DNA from: Epiperipatus broadwayi
Taxonomy: Eukaryota > Animalia > Onychophora
Assembly (NCBI GenBank): GCA_028023455.1
Contig: JAQFVV010000002.1
Span: 4,712,001-4,776,000 of the forward strand
Direction: 5' to 3'
Length of the DNA: 64,000 nt
A program made the translations under genes and the position numbers. Every line of letters begins with the position of its first letter. Position 1 is the first letter of the stretch. Under the pieces are notes generated by a model, which was given only the letters and a program-made list of their open reading frames with translations, did not search any database and had not been told where the DNA came from. This document shows, piece by piece, positions 40,995 through 53,100 of this stretch.

Positions 40995-41077
40995 ATGTCA
41001 AAGCGTTGATTGGGAAGCGAACCGGGCCAGCTGCTTAGAAGGCAGCTATGCTAACCGCTAGGCCACCAGCGCTTGAC
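40995..41077 (-). mobile_element. tRNA-Gly(TCC)-derived SINE
   Basis: Reverse complement GCGCTGGTGGCCTAGCGGTTAGCATAGCTGCCTTCTAAGCAGCTGGCCCGGTTCGCTTCCCAATCAACGC is colinear with canonical eukaryotic tRNA-Gly-TCC. Confidence 0.85.
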
Positions 41078-41470
41078 AGATTCCTTTTTTTTTTTTTTAC
41101 AAGAAAATGACAATAACATAAAAAACATTGCTTCAAAATTTTAAATAAAATGTTCCTTTTATATCAGAATCTTGATTATTCTCTAAGGGAGTGAATGATT
41201 TAATACTAATATATTGATAACATATTAAAAATGTTCCAACTTTTTTGTCTTAACCTTTATTACAATTTTGCTTTAACACTTATGACTTTATCTATTTAAT
41301 TGACTCAAAAATCTCTTCTGCAAATTTATATCTGAAATGTTTAATTTAAAGTTTCAGTTAAATCATATACCCATACAAAAAAGACAAAGTTACTACCATA
41401 TTAATAATTTTGAATTTGCATTCCACTATATAATTTGATGCAGAACATTCTGATAACAGTGTCATTTCTG

Positions 41471-41564
41471 TCAAGCGTTGATGGCCTAGTGGTTAGCGTA
41501 GCTGCCTACCAAGCAGCTGACCTGTGTTCGCTTCCCAGTCAACGCTTTGACATATGAAAAAAAA
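41471..41564 (+). mobile_element. tRNA-Gly(TCC)-derived SINE with poly(A) and 16-bp TSD
   Basis: TSD AACAGTGTCATTTCTG at 41455-41470 and 41565-41580. A box TGGCCTAGTGG and B box GTTCGCTTCC. Confidence 0.92.
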
Positions 41565-42699
41565 AACAGTGTCATTTCTGGTGATATTTTTTATTATTGA
41601 AAGATTTATTATTTTACAGTAGTTTTATGTAGAAATTCTAAGATTTGTTTGATTAAAATAAAATAATATTTAAATAATCTGTTAATTTTTTTTTTAAAAA
41701 TGACAAATATTTGCTTAAAATGTACATATATATTTTTATTGCAAATAAGCCATTTTCTGATTTAAAAAAAAATTAAATTTGTAATTATCTTTGGATTAAA
41801 AACTATTAATTAAAACTAACAGATTAATTCCAGTGACAATATTGTTAGACTCATTAGTGGTTATTTCCAGTAAAATATTTTAAGTCAACCAACTTACTTT
41901 TTTAAAAATTACTTAATATATAAACTTTAAAGTTAGGTATGATACTTAGACTACTGATAAATTCGACAGGTAGTGGATAGTTGGAAATGACTTTTAGATA
42001 TAAAATTAAACTGTGGATAAGAAATAAACATTGTCTAACAAATAATATCTCATGTTTGTTGTCTTGAAAATTAGGATGTTGGCTTTCAATGGCTAAATAC
42101 TGTATTTGGTATAAAGAATCTGTCTGACTCCTTCATATCCATTTTCAATTATCAAGTTAGTGGAAAGCCCGATCATTTTGAATGTCTCAAACCATTAGTT
42201 ATTTCTCTCTAAGAATTGTGACAATGGTATTGATTATCTTTATTATAATAATTTTTTTTTAAATTTATAACACCTACAGAAATTAATAAAACATCTACAT
42301 GTTCAATCCAAATACAGTTTGCTTTTTTTCTTTTTCAGTTCATGCCTTCATGAATTAGGGAAAAAGTGACAGAGTAAGTTTAGTAGACTAAAAGATTTTA
42401 GTTGTGATTTCTGTTCAAAGTAATATATTCACTAATGATGTCAGTTTGGAAATGGACTTCAAATAGAAATTTTATGTGGCAATGATATATGTTTAGGTTG
42501 CCTTATTTAAATATAAATATAACTTTGCCCTACTATGAAAATTTAAGGGGCTTAAAACATGGAATAAAAATGCTGTTTGAGGCAGATTAGCTAGATATTG
42601 TGCCTCTCAAGATGATTCATTAAAATGATAGGAATGATAGTAATAACAATGTTCATGGTAAAGCAGTAGAAATATTTTTTTCTAAATATAAGTACATGT

Positions 42700-44830
42700 A
42701 TAGGGTGAACTTTACTGAGGACGACATTGATGGGTAAAAATCTATCAAGATTTAACATCAATGTAACTGTTCTTAGAGAAGAAGGTACTTTAATTGAACA
42801 GTCGTTAGTTAGTCATTAAAAGGAAAATCTAATTTAATATACAGTATTCTATTTGTATTTAGATATTGGACTATTTCTATAATCTAATATGAGTAATTAA
42901 TGTTATTAAGAAAACATTAAATAAACAACAAAAAGAACCATCAAAAGAAAAATAATTATTGGTCATGTAGTGTACCCATACATACCAAAAATAGACAAAT
43001 TAAGGAAAATCTGCAGTCAGTATAACATCAGAACAGCTTCCCAGAGCCATACCACACTATGAGGAATTCTAACATCTAAAAAACCTAAACTTGAAATGCT
43101 GAAAAGAAAAAATTGCATCTATGAAATGTCATGTGAATGTGGAAGAACATATATTGGTAAGACTAGTTGTCCTATTAAAAAGCACTTGCAAGAACACAAA
43201 CTGATGATTAGAAGAGAGAAAACAGATGTGTCTAAGTTAGCAGACTATGTATGTACCAATGAGCATATGTTTAATTGAGAAAATACAAAAATATTGGATA
43301 GAGAAGAAAAGGTGCAAAGAAGAAAATTTAAAGAAGCTGCTTGCATGACAATGGCAAACAATCCTATAAGTCAAACTAGTGTGACTATACATAATGTATG
43401 GAAATCACTAATCAACTTTGCTCTTAGGAAAAAGTGGAGAAATCAGAAGGAACCTCATAGATAAGTATATGAAATTTGTACTGACAGTTGCCTTTGGCAG
43501 GATGGTTCAGTTGGTTAGAGTGTTACCTTAAAATTCAATATTCAAGAATGTAAGGGTTCACCTTTGATTTCTATGCTAGTATACCTGAAGAAGAGGAGAG
43601 AATAATACCTCTCAAAATGTGCATATATTAACCCGTGTCTATTACTAACAGTTGAATATATTTGGAAATATTTAAATAAAGGTAAATTTTTCTAAAGACA
43701 TCCAACACTCATATTAGATGATGGAAATAGTCCAGTATATAAATCTAACTTCATCATCACAAAGCTTCAGGAAAACATTATTCTATCATTTTTTTCCTTG
43801 TTATATCAATGAAAGGCTAATGGTGCTAAATCCTTGCACAATGGTATTAGTGTATATTTTATTAGTGGCTATGCTCCAACATTATATTCAGAGAATTTAA
43901 AGAAAAAAATTGCATTGCTGTATAGCATTATTAAAGCAATATTATTAAAAGATCATTTTTTTATTAATGGGGACTTTATTGCAAATGTTTGTATACACAG
44001 TATTCTTTGGCCAAAAATTGTTGGAAATAATGATATTGATTTTGGAAATTTAAGTGGCCTGTTGTTTTGCATTTTTGTACAATATAAGAATCAACTATCA
44101 CAAATAATTTTGTTTAGGCAGAAAAAAATTTCTGCGAAAAAACATCAGTGCATATACAATCAAAGCAATGGCACTTAATTATTTATATTATGGTATTAGA
44201 GTCAGAATATGAGAGAAGTTAAATACATCAGCACTTACAAGTTCTGATTGCTTGATAATCATAGATGAACTCACTTCAAAGCTGAAATGAGAATAACATT
44301 AAAAAATATAAATCTTTTTCTAATAATATTTAAAAAAAACCCTGATATTTATTTTTTTAAATGTCTATTACATGAACTGAATTTCTACATTATTGAAAAC
44401 TAAAATAACTAATTTCAATCTCCAGGATTGTCATATTATTGGGACTTGGAATTCTCTTAAGAAGTGTCTTATGGGTATAAATCAATTTATTCTGGAGTTC
44501 CTAAAAAAATATTACAATTTGTTTTCTGGTAATGACCTTGTTATTAGTCATTTGAATAAAAAGGATGCATATGAATTTTTCTGCAGAATAATAAATTAAA
44601 TGTGGAACTTCATAATAAATATAGAGGGTTAAAGCAACAATTCACCAACTGAAGCTTAAAAGTGATTGGTAGATTTGAAATTTTAAAACAATACAGACAA
44701 CATTCTAAATCTTTTTGATACACTGAATGCAATATATAATCTTGAGAAATAGTATTGCGATCCTATGAATTCAGAGTGCATTCTTATATAATGATAATAC
44801 TTTTAACAAAATTTGATCATTTTTTCAATA
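42700..44830 (+). mobile_element. Decayed RTE-clade LINE (APE domain onward), split by a PLE insertion
   Basis: RTTLMGKNLSRFNINVTVL (~42720); after the PLE come INERLM, ISGYAPTL, INGDFIANV and SKQWHLI (43810-44180). Confidence 0.85.
42853..43774 (+). mobile_element. 5'-truncated Penelope-like element with inverted terminal fragment and 12-bp TSD
   Basis: GIY-YIG NCIYEMSCECGRTYIGKT (ORF 43096-43278) and KFKEAACM. tRNA-like segment 43496-43580 and degenerate HHR at 43585. Inverted tail piece 42853-42897. TSD ACA(G/T)TATTCTAT at 42841-52 and 43775-86. Confidence 0.9.
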
Positions 44831-45182
44831 AGGATACAAGATTTGAAATAGTGATATTTAATGGATGCATCCTATTATTTTGACCATTCTTTCAATAATC
44901 ATACAAGATTTGAGATAGTGATCTTTAATGGATAAATCCTATTTGTCTATTTAAATCAACGAATTTGGACAAATGTTTCTACAGTTATTTTCATTTTTAA
45001 AAATAAAAACACCTTTGGATTCTTGATGAAATATCTGAAGTTTTTTTAACATGGGTGGCATTATATTATCCTTAAAATTATTGGAATTGTTTAGGAGTAT
45101 ATGGATTTAGTAAGGTGTGCTGCTTGATCTTAAGGATGCTTTTTTATTCTAAGAATGATACTATTATTCTAATAACAAATTT

Positions 45183-45730
45183 AACAATCAACCATATTAA
45201 TTTGTTTTCAAGGCAACCTCCTTTAATCAACAAAGGTTAAAATTCACTTTTATGTATGGTCAAATATGTCTATATAGACACTAAAGATTGTAACTTGACT
45301 ACAAAGAATAAAATTATTAATACAAAGAAATTTTTTGATAAACCTCATTAAATAGGTAACTATAAGTTATGCTGAATGCATAGTAACAAAGAATCAATTA
45401 TAACTTGTAAATTGCAATTATACATTTCAAATTGCACTCCAATCATGTATTACTTAGATTATAAAGATAATAATGTTCAAGCTTAGATAGGTATTCGATA
45501 CAAATACATGAAATCAGTCAACATTTAAACAATACCAATATTATTAATAATCAACAATCTCAACCTGTTGTCAAGGCAAACTCCTTTAATCAATAAAGAT
45601 AGATATCCACTTTTACTTATGGACTAATATGTTTAGATAGACACTAAAGTTTTTGTTTGTTTTTTTTTTGATATTTTTAAATATCACCACCTTTACTTAT
45701 GGATTAATTTGTTTAGATAGTCCACTAAAG
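45183..45730 (+). repeat. Dispersed ~100-bp repeat family (G): copies at 45183-45286, 45553-45649 and partial 45681-45730
   Basis: Shared TCAAGGCAA.CTCCTTTAATCAA.AAAG...TAGACACTAAAG. An inverted copy lies at 50261-50363. Confidence 0.75.
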
Positions 45731-46996
45731 TTTTTTGGGTATTTTTTAAGTATGTCTCCTGTAGTGAAAATTCTTCTGTTCAGCAATCAAAGAATTCTAT
45801 CTAAAATCTTTAAAAAGATTCCCATCCACAGTAACAAAAATCCTTTTTGCAAAAATAAACTGTCAGTATTTAGATGAAATCTCATTATCAAGGCTTACTG
45901 TGTCCTAAAGAACTGTTATATCTGAAGTAATAATGAGATTGTCTGTGAATTAAAAATAGTTTTATTAAAGATTTTTTTTCTACATTTTAGTTTCATGGTC
46001 ATTTATCAAATATTTTTTTGCTAAAGAAAGATAAAATACTGGGTCTCTGTGTGGCTGACTGGATGTTCTCACACTTGTTATGGAAATCCATTATTTTACC
46101 ATTTTCTTATCTTTCTCCAACAATATTTTTTTTATCAGTCAGTTGATTATGAAACAAAAGAAAATGCAGAAACTTTTGCTTATTTCTCTACAATTATATT
46201 TGGGCAACTACCTAAAAAAATAACTACCAAAAAGACTTTAATTCACACAAATTCTTAGTAAATGAGACACAGCAGTTCATAGCTTTGACAAAATGAATGA
46301 GATGTTACTGATATATTTGGAGCTTTTTTTGTTGAGAGAATATCTGGGTCTGTTGATGGATAACTTTTAATCACTTTGAAAAAGATTCTTTGACTGCTGA
46401 ATATAGATCTTTCTCAACACAGAGGACTGACACATGATGCATCTCAAAACTTTCCATTTAATCATAAAAATCTTTATAATATCAAAAACTTTTGCACTGC
46501 AGAACTATGTAACCATACTTGGAGCAAAGATATTTCAAATCAACATGTTTTAATAACATAAAACCCGTGTCTTCTTATCAAAAATCTGCTTTATATTATT
46601 TAATAAATTGTTCAACATAATACCCCTCTTCCAAGAAATTTTTCTTATTTCCAAACAAATTAATATTCTTACTTACAATTCCACAAGAAGACAATTTAAA
46701 ATGTGAAAAAAAAAGGAAAATATTTTTCTTAATCTTTCATATTATTACAATTATTAACAGCACCATAATTACTATAAAAATACTTTTAACAATTTTATCA
46801 GAGTAGCTAATAATCAAATAATCTTGATAGAATTGATCTTTTCAAAACAAAGCTAAGTGGATTTAATATAGAGAAGGAAGTTTCACTGTATTTTCAAGCC
46901 AAACTGAGGGTAGGTTCTTTACCTTTAAGTGTTGTTATCAAAATAAAGAAAACTTTTAATTGTCTTATAACAATAATGATTTTACTGACATCATCA

Positions 46997-47739
46997 GTAG
47001 TTTTGTAGTTAAGTAGAGATAAAAGGTGGCTGCTGTAGGGTTGCATTAGATCCTAAGATCTAGGTGCAGTGCTCTCAGATCCAAGGCTCCTCACTGACAA
47101 AGGCCACAAGCCAGAAACTAGTCTGGGGATATTGGATGAGTAGGCACTAGATGGCTATTTTATGTCCAAGCTTTCTGGCATCCATTGATTATTCTGGCTT
47201 GCACTGAGTGGCAATAAGTAAAGAGAGTTTTGCCTGTTTTAATAACAGTTAAGAGCAAGCATAAGAAATGGTGATCATGTGATGCTTATTGGCTTAAAAC
47301 CAATCCTGCTTAATAGGATAGTGGTGGATATCATTATTAAAGAACCAAAGACACCAAAATATATAGGTACTGAACTGAGTTCAGACCTATAAGACTAAAT
47401 AAGCTGATGAGCTTGGATTAAAAATATAGGGTTTTTAATTTAAGTCTCGTAGTTTTGTAGTTAAGTAGAGATAAAAGGTTGCTGCTGGAGGATTGCATTA
47501 GATCCTAAGATCTAGATGCAGTGCTCTCAGATCCAAGGCTCCTCACTGACAAAGGTCACAATCCAGAAACTAGTCTGTGGATATTGGATGAGTAGGCACT
47601 AGATGGGGATTTTATGCACAAGCCTTCTGGCATTCATTGATTACTCTGACTTGCACTGAGTGACAATGGAGAGTTTTGCCTGTTTTAATAACAGTTAAGA
47701 GCAAGCATAAGAAATGGTGATCATGTGATGTTTATTGGC
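46997..47739 (+). mobile_element. Family A retrozyme, head-to-tail tandem (452-bp period)
   Basis: Predicted cleavage sites after 47123 and 47575. Both cores read CTGACAA instead of CTGATGA. Confidence 0.92.
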
Positions 47740-48203
47740 ATAATATAAAATAGAATTAAATAAATATAGATACTTATACAAAAATTATGATTAAATTAGT
47801 AGAAACAAAATATATAGATAGGTTACCATATGTTTGGGCCTTGAATTTCTGTGTACAAGTTATTGACCATTTTTGATTCACTCTAGATTCTTGCCATGAA
47901 AACATTTTTGGTAACTTACTTAAGTATTTTGATTGTACAAATTTAGTCATAAGTTTTGTATAAATACTTACATTATTTATTTATTTTATATTACGCTTGC
48001 AATTTTGTTTTAGAATTAGAATATGTTCTTAATTTTCCCCATATTTATAGATATATTTTATATGTATACTGTTGAGCAGTAAAGTGACTGTTTTTTATAA
48101 TATTAAACGTGACAGGCATGTTAATTTATCAAGATTGTATTTAAAAAATTATAAATTGCTTAAATGTCACTCACGCTCCCCTCACTATACTATTGTATTT
48201 TAT

Positions 48204-48335
48204 TTTGCTTTTGAGTAGTTTTACTTTTATTTTATATTATTCCTTGAAATTAATGCAGGGAAATAAGAATTTGCTTTTGAGTAGTTTTACTTTTATTTTA
48301 TATTATTCCTTGAAATTAATGCAGGGAAATAAGAA
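48204..48335. repeat. Perfect tandem duplication, 2 x 66 bp
   Basis: TTTGCTTTTGAGTAG...GGGAAATAAGAA repeated exactly. Confidence 0.95.
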
Positions 48336-49282
48336 AAAACCACTATAATATATATTATGATTTTATTTAAATGACAGTTTTGCATGATAATATAGTAGCA
48401 ATAATAGGATTTGAAGTTTAAAACAAGTACATTTAATCAACCACAGCTAGGATTAATGAGTTCAAATTTCGTTAATTAGTTTTGTCTACTTAAAAACAAA
48501 TTTGCAACATCAGAAAAAAGTGCATGTACTCATGTTAATAATCTTTGGATGGACCCACAGCATATCAGATTTATTATTTATTTTAATTTTTGTAAATTTT
48601 ATATAATAGTCAAGGGAAAGATTTCTCAGAAAATGTAATAAGCTTACATTTATATATGGCATACATCACTTATGTGACATATGAAAATGTTGGTTCACGT
48701 TTGAGATGTGTACAATTTTAAATTATAGGCCATTCACTTAACAATGTAATAAAGGATTTCCATTAATATTTTTTTTGCATGGGTGTACTTGTAATCCAGT
48801 GTTTGTTATTGAAGCTATGAATATTTCTTACTTTATTCTTATAATTATAACACGGTATATTATTTTTTTGTCATTGAATATCCATGCAAATGGAGGCATG
48901 CTTTCTATATTTTGATATATAGTAACCAGGTATCATTCTCAAGCCTAGTATATCAATGAATTATTTATACATTTTAGTAATGCAGTATAATACGAATGTA
49001 TATGGTTTAAATTATTTATCTAAAATGACTATAAGATCAATAAAATATTTTTTATATTATTTCACATGAGGGCTTATGTATTAATAAAAAAATATTCAGA
49101 AAGAGGGAATTTAATCTTTATATATATATAAAAGTTGGCTTTCTAAATTGATGATCGTGGATCAGTTAGAAATAAATGTTTTAGGGGAAAAAATGTAAAT
49201 TATAAAAAGAAAAATAGCAATAAACAATGAAAGTGATTACTAAAAATAAAATAAACTAAATTTAATAAGTTCATGAAAAATT

Positions 49283-49721
49283 TCAGAGGCAAAATTCTCT
49301 ATACAGTAGTGCCACTCAGTGCAAGCCAGAGTAATCAATGGATGCAAAAAGTAAGGATGCTGAAATTAGTTCAGATCTATACAACTATACAAGCTGATGA
49401 ACTTAGCTTGAAAAAATTATTGAGTTTTCATTTTGGACTCAAAGCTTTATAGTTAACTAAAAAAGTAAAATGGTGGCTGCTGGAGGGTTGCATTCGATCC
49501 TAAGATCTAGATGCAGTCCTCTCAGATCGAAGGCTCCTCACTGATGAAAGCCACAGGCTAAAAACTAGTCTGGGAGTATTGGATGAGTAGGCTCTAAATA
49601 GGAATTTTATGCACAAACCTGCCTACATCTATTGATTACTATGGCTTGCACCAAGTGGTGCTACTGTATGGAGAGTTTTGCCTCTGTGTAACCATAAAGA
49701 ATGGTGATGATATTATTGATG
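49283..49721 (+). mobile_element. Family A retrozyme with short inverted arm and 14-bp TSD (1 mismatch)
   Basis: Minus arm about 49286-49347 and plus arm about 49350-49721. HHR at 49535-49575. TSD GTTCATGA(A/G)AAATT at 49269-82 and 49722-35. Confidence 0.8.
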
Positions 49722-51440
49722 GTTCATGAGAAATTGTTTTGCTTATAGCACTAATGATGGTTGAAGGCTTTATCACTATGTTGAAATGCAATGTTTTTAT
49801 AATACTCCAGAGAATTCTTTATCTCAGCACTGTTCTTATCCATACTATAATTATATTTAGCAGCCTTTAAAGCTCAAAAGTGAGCCAGGATAATTCTAAT
49901 AGTGTCAAAAGTAAGCCAGTCCTAACTTACTTTTAAAAGTTCTTTTGCTAAATTATTATTTTTAAATAAATATTAGCTGATTCAAAAAATAATTATATAT
50001 CTAGTTGAATTAAGATTTAAAGCTTCTTTTAGTTCCAAGCTTTAGATTTCAAAAAGTTGGTGATGGTCTGAGCTTTTACTTGCTAGAATTAATGTTAATG
50101 TCTATATACCATCCAGCTCCAAATCTCTTGCCCTAAAACATGTACAGTTTATATATACCTGTTTTATGACTTCACATGTTTTTTTCTTTAAACCTCTGAC
50201 AAATTCATAGTCACACTTCCTCAACTAAATTCTTTTTTTAGGTGGAAACTAAATACAATTTTTAGTGTCTATATAAATATATTGAACCATAGATAAAGGT
50301 GGGTATCTACCTTTGTTGTTAAAAGGAGATTGTTTTGATTACAGATTGACATTATTGATTGTTATTTTTACTGTTTAAATTTTGACTGCTTTTATTTATA
50401 TATATATTGTAACATGATAAAAAATGATGATTCTAGTAAATGAATAATATAATCTGAATAAAACATAGTTCAATTATTGGTCACCATTTTGTAATAGAAT
50501 AATGATTAGAATATGGGGTGAGAACAGAAAAACTTTAGCATGTCTCAAAATTAAGACATCATTCATAATATAAATGTAGCCTAAATCTTGAATGCCATTC
50601 TGTAACAGCCCCAAAGTTGATGCGGCATTTTATAACAATCACCACCTGTATATGATCATCATCAGCCAGCATTGAATAGCTATTTTGTAACAATAATACT
50701 GGATCTTTTACCCCACTATCTCTCTACTTTGGTTTGGTCAGCATTTGTCATAAAATAAAATAAATTGCTGTATAGGTTTTACATAACTATCCATTGCTGA
50801 CACAAAATAAAAGATAGTGAAGAAATGCTCTTATAGTTTAAATATTATTTATAACAGAATAAAACATACATCAATAAATAGTAACTCTGTTATAACCTGC
50901 AGAAAATTATGTACCTCAACCATTGGTCACACTAGACAATAACAATATTTCCAATACACAATTATTTAGATTATCCACTACACTATAATAAAATATTAAT
51001 GACAATCTCTATTAAAATCGAATTTATTCAGATAGCATTTAAAACAAAAGAAAGCAAACAAGATCAACACCTCAGATATCACCAAATCTATTCACTATCC
51101 TAAAATAAACTACTAATATATGCCTAAGATATCTATTTAATTTATAATTGAATGAAACCAAATTCAAATCAATAAAGTTCTGATATACTTTTCTAATCTA
51201 ATATTACTTATAATAATGTAAATGTATATTAACAATTAATGATATCTCTACTTAAATAAATTAGTTCCTAAATAATTATAATAACGTTTCAAGAATGTTT
51301 TATAAATCTATAATATCTATAATGTTTAACAAAATAAAACCATTAATCAGCTTCATATTAAGTTCAATAAATTATTATATAATATTAATATTTTATCTAA
51401 ACTTTACTTTACATCAACATGCAATTATTGTTTGAATTAT

Positions 51441-51539
51441 TAGCCGAGAGGTCATCACATCTGCCTTGCAAGCAAGTAATTGTTTGCAGATGGTTGTGGG
51501 TTTGCTTCCTGGCCGATGCTATGACACATGAAAAAAAAA
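51441..51539 (+). mobile_element. tRNA-related SINE, long-hairpin subfamily
   Basis: CCGAGAGGTCA...GGGTTTGCTTCCTGGCCGATGC-TATGACACATG-A9. Confidence 0.85.
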
Positions 51540-51865
51540 TTTATATATTAGATAAAACACTCTATAAGAACTCATTATCAATAAATCTATTAGACAATCT
51601 TGCATTTATAAAATCCAATTATATCATTGTATTAAATATATTGTAGGTTTCTATTGGATATTTACTGAATTACGATCAACTAATCCTATACATCTATTTT
51701 AAATTTCTAGTTAATTAATTATTAAAATAAATTTTATAACAATTAAATTATATAAAATAACTATTGGCTTCTATTTTAAGTCGAATATAAACACTGAGAT
51801 TAGTTGTTAATAAGATTTACAATCTACCTAAAAAAAGTTAAAGATAATTAAGACAGATTATTCTG

Positions 51866-53100
51866 TTAAACCATTAAGCATCACATGATCACATTTCCTA
51901 TACTAGCACATTCATTGTTGATAAACAGAGCAAAACTCTCCATACAGTATTGCCACCTGTGCTAAACAGAGTAATCAATGGATGCCAGAAGGCTTGTGCA
52001 TAAAATCCCTATCCAATGCCTACTCATCCAATATCCCCAAACTAGTTTCTGGCTTGTGGCCTTCATCAGTGAGAAGCTTTGGATCTGAGAGCACTGCATC
52101 TAGATCTTAGGATCTAATGCAACCCTCTAGCAAACACCTTTTATCTCTACTTAACTACAAAACCATGAGAATGAAATTTAAAACATAAAAAATATTTTTC
52201 AATCTAAGCTCAATAGCTTATATAGTTATATGGGTCTGAACTCAGTTCAGCACCCATACATTTTGGTGTCTTTGGCTCTTTTACAACCATAGCCACCATT
52301 ATCCTATTAGGCAGGATTGGTGTTAAACCATTAAGCATCACATGATCACATTTCCTATACTAGCACATTCATTGTTGATAAACAGAGCAAAACTCTCCAT
52401 ACAGTATTGCCACCTGTGCTAAACAGAGTAATCAATGGATGCCAGAAGGCTTGTGCATAAAATCCCTATCCAATGCCTACTCATCCAATATCCCCAGACT
52501 AGTTTCTGGCTTGTGGCCTAGTCTGGGGATATTGGATGAGTAGGCATTGGATAGGGATTTTATGCACAAGCCTTCTGGCATCCATTTATTACTCTGTTTA
52601 GCACAGGTGGCAATACTGTATGGAGAGTTTTGCTCTGTTTATCAACAATGAATGTGCTAGTATAGGAAATGTGATCATGTGATGCTTAATGGTTTAACAC
52701 CAATCCTGCCTAATAGGATAATGGTGGCTATGGTTGTAAAAGAGCCAAAGACACCAAAATGTATGGGTGCTGAACTGAGTTCAGACCCATATAACTATAT
52801 AAGCTATTGAGCTTAGATTGAAAATATTTTTTTATGTTTTCAATTTCATTGTCATGGTTTTGTAGTTAAGTAGAGATAAAAGGTGGTTGCTAGAGGGTTG
52901 CATTAGATCCTAAGATCTAGATGCAGTGCTCTCAGATCCAAAGCTCCGCACTGATGAAGGCCACAAGCCAGAAACTAGTCTGGGGATATTGGATGAGTAG
53001 GAATTGGATAGGGATTTTATGCACAAGCCTTCTGGCATCCATTGATTACTCTGTTTGCACAGGTGGCAATACTGTATGGAGAATTTTGCTCTGTTTATCA
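51866..53100. mobile_element. Family A retrozyme palindrome (two >1-monomer arms, 457-bp unit) with 13-bp TSD
   Basis: Minus arm 51866-52518 (HHR sites at 52040 and 52497) and plus arm 52519-53100 (sites at 52523 and 52980). TSD ACAGATTATTCTG at 51853-65 and 53101-13. Confidence 0.95.
52945..52986 (+). ncRNA. Minimal type I hammerhead ribozyme (family A)
   Basis: TCCGCA-CTGATGA-A-GGC CACAA GCC-A-GAAAC-TA-GTC^TGGGGA. Confidence 0.8.

Noticed and set aside
40995-41564. Functional tRNA-Gly genes
   Set aside because: The anticodons differ between copies (TCT, ACC), T-arm bases are mutated, and one copy has poly(A) plus a 16-bp TSD. These are SINE copies.
50640-50670. CTGATGA on the minus strand (also plus-strand hits at 8870 and 25921)
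   Set aside because: No stem II or GAAA; these are chance heptamers.
51866-53100. Assembly or chimeric-read artefact as the cause of the palindromes
   Set aside because: Arms differ by substitutions, are asymmetric and are bracketed by TSDs. Read-level confirmation is still advisable.
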